A stretch of DNA of 64,000 nucleotides, taken from NCBI GenBank assembly GCA_043228905.1, contig JBHGNT010000021.1, forward strand, positions 3,162,001 to 3,226,000, written 5' to 3'. The stretch is from Azolla caroliniana. Taxonomy: Eukaryota > Plantae > Polypodiophyta. Position 1 is the first letter of the stretch; each line of letters starts with the position of its first letter. Positions 35,201 to 46,188 of the stretch are shown one piece after another. The notes below the pieces were generated by a model. It did no database searches. It worked only from the letters and a program-made list of their open reading frames with translations, and was not told the DNA's origin. The translations under genes were made by a program, and so were the position numbers.

Positions 35201-38200
35201 AACAAATGGTAGATTTCAAAAACCAGAGGGCAAATGAGGAATTTTCAAAACTAGAGACCAAATAATAAAATTTTAAAAATAGAGGGGCAAATACTAAAAT
35301 TTCAAAAACCGAGGGATACCAACCAAAATTTTGGAAACACAAGACTACTCACACAAATAAACAAAAAAGAAAAACTCATACGCATCCAACATCATTTTAA
35401 GACTTTACCAAAGAGAATGTGTCGATTGGTGTGTGATCCAATCGCAATGTTATTTTACGACCTAAAGGATAATGGCGAAGTGTGTGTGATCCAATCGCAA
35501 CGCTTGGTGTTCGTGTCATGTGCTAACAAAACGAAAAGGTTCGTGTCAAGGAAGTTCCGACCGAAGAGAAGACCAATGGAGTTCCAGTCGACGAGAATTT
35601 GATACGGCATGTGGGTTTGACGTGCAATGCAGTGTCCCACATGCGTACCATGTGTTACCCATATGAGATGTACGAAAGAGTTAAGGGTAAAAGATAATAG
35701 TGTGGGTATATAATGTGTGAGTGTAAGAATGAGTGTATATGTACACATGCACATTTGTGTGCATGTGTACAAATAAAAAACGATCTTTTTTGTAACAGTC
35801 ATATTATGTACTATATAAACCTCACCCATGGAGCATGAAATAAAAGGATAATAGAGAGTTGCCCCTCAATCTGTCTCCTTTTTCCCTCTCATTTCCTATC
35901 TATGTGTCTCTATATTTCTCTCTCCCCTCATGCATAACCCCCTTGGGAGGGGGGTGAAGCCATTCTAAGGGGGTTTGAAATAGACACACACACACAGAGA
36001 AAATGAGAAGGAGACACTGAGTGAAGGGTAACTCTTTAGTATCATTCTTCTATTTCATGTCCCATGGGTAGGGTTTATATAACATAATATGACCGTTACA
36101 AAAAAGATCGTTACATATTTGTATACATGCACACAAATATGCATGTGTACATATGTACACACTCGTCCTCACACACATTACACATTATACCTTACACATT
36201 TCATATCCACACTATATTCGTTCACACATAACCCTCCCATATATCCCATACGGGTAACACTTGGCACGCATGTGGGAAAGTACATTGCACGTCGAACCCA
36301 CGTGCCCATTCCAAAAACTCATCAACCGGAACTCCATCAATCTTCTCTTCTCTCGTCGGTCGAAAATTCCTTGACTGGAACACTTCTCTTTGATCGAAAC
36401 TCACTTCACACAAACCTTCTTGTTCGGTCTGCGCATATGACAAACACTAATCGTTGCAATTGGATCACACACCAATCAACATTTTCTTCGGGTTGAAAAA
36501 ATCATATTGTGATTGTGAAAAAATGATGTTGGGTGTGTGTTTCTTTTTCGTTCAATTGTATGAGTAGTCTTCTGTTTTTGAAATTTTGGTTGGTACCCCT
36601 CGATTTTTGAAAATTTTATTAGTTACCCTTATGTTTTTAAATTTTTATTATTTACCTTCTAATTTTGGAAATTAATCATTTGCCCTCCGATTTGCCGTTG
36701 TCGTGAAGATTTTCAACTACGGTGAAAAACCGGGAGGGACAAATAAAATGGGGATGTGCAACATTGCACATGCACTTATAAATTTATGTAATAATAATAA
36801 GTAAACAAAATGTAAAGGGAAGGGTAATAATCTAAGGTGCTAAAGGTGCACCACGAAGTTCTTAGAGACATAAATGTGATGTGCACTTTGTAGAGTAGAA
36901 TGAGTAGTGAGCTCGTGTAAAAAGTAAGAGAGAGGAGAGGTAAAAAGTAGAGGGGAGACAGGCTAAGAATTTATAGAGATAGAATCATATATTATATAAG
37001 AGAGAGTTATTGGGCTAGTGGATGGTCATATTGACATCTAGCTAGAGGTGAACAGTTCAAATCTAGTCTTATAGTGCAACGTGATTTAAGGAATTTTATT
37101 CCTTTTTGCATTAAAGACAAAATTAGCTTAGATTTTGTTTACTTATTCTTATTACACAAATTTACAAGTGCATGTGCAATGTTGCACATCCCCATTTTAT
37201 TTGTCTCTACCGGTTTTCTCACCATAGCCGAAAATCTTCACGACATCCACCCCCACCAAACCGCACATCCACCGATATGTGCCAAGAGGGCAAAGGTGAG
37301 ACGACCTAAGTGGTATACCTCTCTCACTCAAAATAGGCAACCCAAATGAGCCCTCCTCGACCTCCTTTTATAGAAAAAAAAGGAAGGGGGGTCGCCAATT
37401 TTGTCTTTAATGCAAAAAGGAATAAAAGTCCTTAAATCACATTGCACTATAAGACTAGATTTGAACCGTTCACCTCTAGCTAGATGTCAATATGACCATC
37501 CACTAGCCCAATAACTCTCTCTTATATAATATATGATTCTATCTCTATAAATTCTTAGCCTGTCTCCCCTCTACTTTTTACCTCTCCTCTCTCTTACTTT
37601 TTACTCGAGCTCACTACTCATTCTTCTCTACAAAGTGCACATCACATTTATGCCTCTACGAACTTCGTGGTGCACCTTTCGCACCTTAGATTATTATCCT
37701 TCCCATTACATTTTGTTTACTTATTCTTATTACACAAATTTAAAAGTGCATGTGCAATGTTACACATCCCCATTTTATTTGTCCCTCCCGGTTCTCTCAC
37801 CATAGCCGGAAATCTTCACAACAACGTCCAACCGACCAGCTGTCTGACCGTTTGACCTTCGTCTAATTCACCGTCATCACCCTTTCTCTCTTATCGTCTA
37901 ATCTCCATCACGATCATTATTCTAATGATCTTCAGTTTTTCTTTATCTTCTTCTTCATAAAACGACACTTTATTTGCAATTTATGCAATTATTCCTCTTC
38001 TTCTTCCAAAAGAGAAAGGGAAATAAATGCTCCTTGAATCATGCCACGCTTACAAAGAATCAAAGTCCCTTCAACCAAGTGAATGGCTCTAACTACTAGG
38101 CCATTCACTTCTAGTTATTACACCTACATTTTCATAAATAGATATGTATATTTTGTCGTTGCTTTTCTTTTCGCTTTATCCCCACGTTGTCGCGAAGTTT

Positions 38201-41200
38201 CGTGCACGTGTGTTACTTGGGCGGGACCACGAGGGTCTTGGACTAGGGAGTACTCAAGGGATAGAGAAGACCCGAGGTTTGCTTTACGATAATACTACTT
38301 CCAGACCCCTTCCCGAGCAAGGTCTCGTTGCCCCTTTGTTTTGTGAGGCCGGTGGCTCTCGTTGATCACGACTCGTCGACCTTTCAAGATCACCGCACAA
38401 GCCAAGTGACCAAACGGGTACAAGCAAGATGAGCACGCAACATGAACGCACAAGGGGACGATAACACAAACACGAATGTCCGTACGTCTTTATGAGGAGG
38501 GGTACATGAGCAACCCCGAACGCTCCCTCGTCGCGAGACGACCGAACGTACAAGGAAGACACAAACACACGCACCAAATGCTCGTACGCCTTTATGAGAA
38601 GGAGAGGTGCATGGGCAAGCCCGAAATGCTCCCTCGTCAAAAGACGGCCGAACGTATAAGGAAGACACACACACACACACAAATGCTCATACGTCTTTAT
38701 GAGGACGAGAGGTGCATGGGCACGCTCGAAACGCTCCCTCGTCACAAGATGGCCGAACGTACAAGGAAGACACAAACACACACACAAATGCTTGTACGCC
38801 TTTATGAGGAGGAGAGGTGCATGGGCAAGCCCGAACGGTCCCTCATCACAAGTTGGCCGAACGTACAAGAAAGACACAAACACACGCACAAAATGCTTGT
38901 ACGCCTTTATGAGGAGAAGAGGTGTTTGGGCAAGCCCGAACGGTCCCCTCGTCACAAGACGGCCGAACGTACACGGAAGACACAAACACACGCACAAATG
39001 CTTATACGCCTTTATGAGGAGGAGAGGTGCATGAGCAAGCCCGAACAGTCTCCTCGTCACAAGACGACCGAACGTACACAGAAGACACAAACAAATGCAC
39101 AAATGCTCGTACGTCTTTATGAGGAGGAGAGATGCATGGGCACGCTCGAAACATTCCCTCGTCACAAGACAGCCAAACGTACAAGGAAGACACAAATAAA
39201 GAAAGAAGGAGAGAAAGAAACACGAATGATATCGACCAAAGAGATAAATACGTGTTCGATTCCAACGCAAGAGGACCCTTTATAAAATAGGGTTTTGTTT
39301 ACAATGGCAACTTATAGTTAACCACAAGCTCAATCAAAACATAAATATTAAATGCCCTTAGATACAAAAGCAAATCCGAACACGGCGAAGATGAACACAC
39401 GAGCACCAAGATATTATCGCCTATTTTCCTTCGAAGCTCTTCATCTTCTTATTCACCACTTCTCTTTATCTCATACCCCTTCATCCCCCCCATCGCCACG
39501 TGCTCATCTTCTTCGCGTCGGTACTCGAAGTGTTCGTGAGCCCAAGCTTCGTTGGTTCGACGTTGTTCCGCCCCGTTCGTCATTGCGAGCCCGTGTGCTC
39601 ACCGTTCGAGTGGTCGTGTGTTCATGGTACGTTCGGTCGTCTTGTGACGAAGGACCGTTTCGTGCGTGCCCATGCACCTCTTCTCATAAAGGCGTACGAG
39701 CATTTGTGCGTGTGTTTTGTGTCTTCCTCCTATGTTCGACGACTTGTGATGAGGGAGCGTTCGGGCATGCCCATGCACCTCTCCTCCTCATAAAGACGTA
39801 CGAACATTCGTGTTTGTGTTATCGTACCCTTGTGCGTTCATCTTGCATGCTCATCTTGCTTATACCCGTTTGGTCACTTGGCTCGTGCGGTGATCTCGAA
39901 AGGTTGACGAGTCGTGATCAACAAGAGCCACCGGCCTCACAAAACAAAGGGGCAACGAGACCTTGCTCGGGAAGGGGTCGGGAAGTAGTATTGTCATAAA
40001 GCAAACCTCGGGTCTTCTTTATCCCATGAGTACTCCCTAGTCCAAGACCCTCGTGGTCCCGCCCAAGTAACACGCGCGCGCGAAACTTTGCGACAACGTG
40101 TGGGAGACATCGTGATGAGATTCGCTTAGCTCACCTATCAACCATTCAAAGGGAGTACAGAGCGACCCAAAGATACTACTCCAATACCGAGACGTCGTAG
40201 CCATTGGTAGTAGTCATGGTCTCGAAGGTCTTCTCAACTCACCCTCATCGAAGGCTCTACGTCTACACCATCACCTCTCGTTTCCCATTCTTGTTCACTA
40301 ATTGGCTTGTAAAAGCCATCGCATTTGTGGCGTTAGTTGTAGAGCCAACACTACATTTGTAAACAAACTCTTTTCGACTAATATTGTGATTCTTGCGTTT
40401 AAACTCAATATTTGACACTAATCAAACATTAATCACACATGTTAACCGTTAACCACAAAATTGTCATTTCTATATTCACAAGCTTTCGACTCCCTCACAT
40501 TTGTGCCCACCTAAACCTTGTGTACAAGTGATTGATTCCCTTAAATTTGTGCCCACCTAATCTTTGTGTCCTCCCTAGTTTGAGACCCCCATGGTCCCGC
40601 TCGAGTAGCACACGCTCACACGTTTGTGCAACACCTCCAAACTATTAAAACCGGTTTAACGGCTTGGTTCAAGCTTGAGCCGAGCCATTGCCGACTCCTA
40701 TTTACGAAGGGTATGCTGGTAAATATGAAGATTTAGGATTACAAAACATATTAATTACGTTAAGTTGTGATGTGAAAGTTGGATTGTAAGGGCATGGCCA
40801 TGTGTAAGAAGAAGTAAAGAGGGGTTTTTAGGTGACGGCTCATCAATGTCGCCTCTCCACCCTTTTTCAATTTAAATCTTAATTTTAGGGTTTGAGGGGG
40901 GATGTTCCTTCCTAAAGTATGCTTGAGTCATTATTTACAGCAATTCTAAGTGCCAAGCTTAGTCTTCGGGGGAGGAGAATCAATTGACACTCTCCTTTCA
41001 TATCAATAAACTCAATTAGTGAAATCTTAAAATATTTTATTATATTCTCATTTTCTACCTTTATTACTAATCTCGTAATGTGAGTGTGTGCATTAAGGCT
41101 TCAATTAGTCATTGTTTGTCGGACATAGTGGCACCACAATTCTATAGTAACAAGAAACATGTAGTTACTAAGTACATTCTTATGGCATAATAATGTCCTT

Positions 41201-44200
41201 GTAACTTATTTGGGCATTTTCACTATTTGAATCAGAATATAAACTGTAAATTGAATGAAATAAGAAGAAAGCACATCATGTTTCTACTTACAATTAACAC
41301 CTAGGTAATATAGTGCAGAACTAAATGGATACTTGTTTTAGAGCAAATTTTGGGGCTGTTATGAATTAAACTTATTGATGTTCACATGATAAAATGCTAA
41401 CCTGAAGGAAGCTCCTGAAGCTTGTTACCAGATATTGATAAGACCTGTCTAAGCAATAAGGAATGATCCTTAAGACTTCTATGACAAAAGCATAACAAAA
41501 AATAGGATTACCTGAAGGCGAGAGAGAGATCCAATTGTCCCAGGAATTGTATGCAGCACATTGCCTGTAAGAGCAAGCACACGAAGCATACCAAGATTGC
41601 CCACCTATTCCCAACACCCATGTACAATCTCAACCTTACATTAGGTTGGATCTCCTCTACTCACAAAAGGATAAAATGATATTTCACAAACCTCATTTGG
41701 AATGCACCGCAACAAATTTCCCTGAATCCATAAACCTTCCAACTGCTTTAGCTGGCCAATGCTTGATGGAACTTCAGAAAGCCAATTACCAGACAATCCA
41801 AGTCGCTTCAACTGCTCCACAATGACAAAAACAGGCATTCCTTAGAGAAAGAAAGAAAGAAGAAAGATAAACTAACATCTTTGAAGAGGCCAAAATGGCC
41901 TGTATGACCAAACAAGAGATTGCATCTTAAAATGGTCTTTGGTCTTTGGGATCAACAAACAAAAATAAATGTAACTAAGGAAAAACATAAGTAGAAATAG
42001 AATAAGACATGATTCAATAATCTCGCCATCTATAAACATAGGAATCTCAAGTCAGATATATTGTAATTTTTGTTGGAAAGAGAAAGTGATCAAGTACTAC
42101 TCATAGAATTCAAGATGCATACCAAAAATTTCCAACTAATCTTACATTTGCTTGCACCATCAACTATCTCATTGTCATGTGGTTATGATAGTCTTCCTCA
42201 ATGTATTCAAAGTCTCTCCATTGCTGATCTTATGGTGGGATATAGCTCATTTGGTGCATGGATACCGAATTGGTTATCTGATAAAACCTACAGTTATTCA
42301 ACCACCACACAGCAGCCCAAAGGAGGGGTACAAGGTATATAGAGTTACAACCACAGAGATGGATATATGAAAACGAAACTTCTATTACATATGAGAGTAG
42401 CTCACAATGGTAGTTCACCCATGCGCTCACACCTTGGAGCTTCGATGGGATCTGGACCAGCTCACTACAAAATTAGTGGGGATTGATGATCAATCCACCA
42501 CTGTGTAAGAGAGTCGATTATATTCTCTATTTGGTCTAAGTGTAACATTAAATGTGCATGTCAATTGATAGTAGTGGAGATATTCCTTTTCTGTCAACTG
42601 ACTTGTCATTTAATATGACCCAACTCCCTAGATACATGCTAGTGCTAGATAGTACTTATCTTGAAGTCAATGGCACATACTTCAAGACTAAGAACATTGT
42701 AACTTGCCCACAAAATATTCTAGTTGACTTGATTAGCCAATCTTATTACCTATTTCGCTCTTTCCTAAATCCATTGTGTCCTACGCAGCTATGGTTTCCT
42801 AGATTAACACCTTATCAACCCATATGGTCAAGTTGCACACTAACCGCTCCTCATTTGGGGCGCTATCACAAAATGTGCACATATGGGCATATATGGGCAC
42901 ATATGGCACTCTAAGAGCACATATGGGCATATATTTACAACTTGGGGTTGATCACTGATTATATCTAAGAAGGATTTATGCCACAGCCATAACAAAGAGC
43001 CCTCCACAAGAATGCAGCGCTAAATTCCCCAATAGATGTCAATTAAGCAAAGGAACTGGAGAAATTTTGCGTGGGATATAGTGCACAGAACAATATTAAC
43101 AATTAAAAACCTAATGGTGTACCACATTTCACCACCATAACAAAAAGCCGTTCAACAAGAATGAAAAATACTTTTCCCATATTAACAATTACAAATCTAG
43201 ATTCTATCTTCTGTTTATACACCCCAAAAAACTTGTACCACATGACAAAGAGCACTTCCACAAGAATGCAATGCTCTTTTCCTGGTGGTTGTCAACCAAG
43301 CAAAAGTGTACTTGAACATTTTACTAAGCATACGGAGAAATTTTGTGAGGGATATAGTGCAGTGAATAATATTAACAGCTGCAAATCTGGATCAGTGTAA
43401 CCCATTTTGGACAATACAATATTGAGTTGCCTTGGAATGTCTTGATGTTACAGATCTCTTTGGTTACATATCTTTTAATGCTATGACATATTAGACTATG
43501 TCAAGTATAATCACATTATTGAGTAGGGGCCCGTAGTGCGGTTGTCGAGTTCCAAGACATGACTCTCCCACCAACAGTGAATCAACGACACAAGTGTGGA
43601 CCTCGAGTCCCTAGATAGGTACCGAAGCGAGATTTGGTGTCACCAACTGTGATTGGCATCGAAACTTTGATTTGGCGTCCTGAACCATGATCCAAAAAAG
43701 TAAGCAAGGTTTTTTAATCACGAGACGTGATTTGGGGCTAAGGCGGGGTTTGGGGGTCTATTTTCGTGTTTGGGGCTGAGGTTATGGGGAGTTTGAGCAA
43801 AAATTTGTAAGGTTCTTGCAGGAATGTCACAAAGGTTAAGGATAGGAGCAATAAGAGTTAAAAAAATAATGCCATACAGTTCGTGCTCGATGCATCCAAC
43901 CACCAAACAAGCAAGAGAGACAAGCACGAACAAGAGACGAAGGCAGTGTATGATTTAAGAAGCAAGAAAGAAGAAGAAAGAAAGAGATATTAACGTCTTT
44001 TAAGAGGCCAAAATGGGCTATAAGACCAAACAAGAGATTACATCTTAACTGTTATCTCATCTTTGAGAACAACAAATCAAAACAAAATAAATATTACTCC
44101 GTAAATATAAAAGTAAATAAGATAAGAAGAGACGATGGAATCTAGTTTTCGGCACAAGTGAGATTCTCAACTTAGATATATTGTAGCTTTTGTCTTCGAA

Positions 44201-46138
44201 AGATCTCTAGCATAGGTCGATCCAGAATGGAAAGGTCTCCGAAGCGAGGGAAGCACCTGCAATGGCAGGATATAATGGCCTTTATCTGTCGATGACAAGA
44301 GTGTTGAGGTCGTGGTCCATGGGACCAGGGCCTTCATGCACATCAAATTGCTATTGCTCGATCAATTGTAACCCCTTTGTTATGTCCTGGTTGGGAGCCC
44401 ATTTGTGTATACGATAAGAACATGCTTTATATTGAAAATACAAAATTTTACCAAAGTTACAATGCTCGACCACAAAGATGAAACTTTTCTCTGCCAGACT
44501 CCGACTTTGAACTATTGTCCGTGGGTCAAAATAGTAACATATGAGAATCGCAATAGGAATTAGGTAGCAGTAGGTAAACAACCGAAAGCAATCAGAAGCA
44601 GCCAAAATAAACAAAGTCGAAAACGTGGAAGGAGAAGGAGTGCGCCGAGGAACATCTATATAAGGAGCAGCAGATCGAAGGATGAGGGAGACCTATAGGA
44701 GAGAAGTCGGAGGGTACTACGTAATTAATCCTACTACAGTGTATCTTATACATTCCGGCAGATAGCCGTGTAACTGTAATCACTACTCATTTCCGTAATC
44801 TAAACAGTGTTGGGTCTATTTGTGTCATTGTTCGCTTTCAATAATTGTTAAATAACCTATCTCTCCCTATCGTGTATGCATAACCCAACGTATCCTCTTA
44901 CATCATCTGTAGGGTGTCATCCCGTTTCGTAAAAGCAATCTGACCACCACGTACCAGAGTCCCTTGGTCCGATTTCGGTTAGGAATCGAAGGTGTCGCCT
45001 CCGAAGAGGAAGGCAACACAATTTGGTCCCACCGAGCGTGCCATGTGTTTATGGGTGGGGGGTGGAGCCAAGATCGCTTGCATACCACCAACATCAAGTA
45101 GCACTAGCAACGTAACATGATCTCATTTCGGCGCGAGAAAACCAAAGTCCGCATTCTTACGAAAGCACAGAACCCAATTTGGCACGCCCGGTTCATGTTG
45201 TGTAGCACAATGAACTCACATGGCGGTAATCCCAGTCGCCAGTACGGCGCCCAACAGAAGTACTCGCTCTCGGCCACCGTCTCGCGGCACAGAGCTTGCC
45301 GAGGACACGGCCGATTCCGTGCTCACACAGCATTCGTCCCCGGAATTGCGAGCCTCACCATCAATCAATCCAAAAACCCAATCTTCACCACCAGTAATCC
45401 TAGACACACCGTCACATATCGATCCTGATATTGCTACCCCTCCAAGTCCTCCGAAAATCTCACCTCCACCGGAGCGCAACCCTTTCTCAACCCTTCCGAA
45501 CGACCTAGATCTTGATACAATGTCGTATCACCCCTATGTACGCTATACGAATGGCCCGGATGCCGAAGCCCACATCCGCTCCTTTCTCAACACATGGCAA
45601 GCCAACCATTCGACACAACGGCTCACTAACGCAGAGATCGACACCTTCCTCTCTGGAGTGCCAAATTGTGTTGCCTTCCTCTCTAGAGGCTACCGTCGGA
45701 CAGACACGACACACAGACAAAGACAACAAGCAAACAAGTTGGCCGACCGAGCATCAGCCAATAGACAAATCACCCCTCCCCCCCAAAAAAGCAAGATAGA
45801 AGGAGAAGGAAGGACACTTTTCTCCCCTGCGAGAAAGAGATGAAGAAAAAGATGATGACAACGACAACACAGAATAGAAAAAAAGGAAGAAGAAGAAGAG
45901 AAAAAACGGCAGAAGAAGATGAAAGAGATAAGTAGATGAAAAAGAAAGAAAAACAAAAAGAAAACCTAATACAGAGGGGTACATAGAATCAAATTTCAAG
46001 AACTCAAGGGCAGCTGATAGAATTCTCCAAACTTAAGGGTACTCACTAGAATTTCAAAAAATAATTGAGGGGTACAAAATAGAATTTCAAAAACTCAATG
46101 GTGCAAAAAAAAAGTCACCACCACTCACACTAATGTAG

Positions 46139-46188
<50 letters not shown>

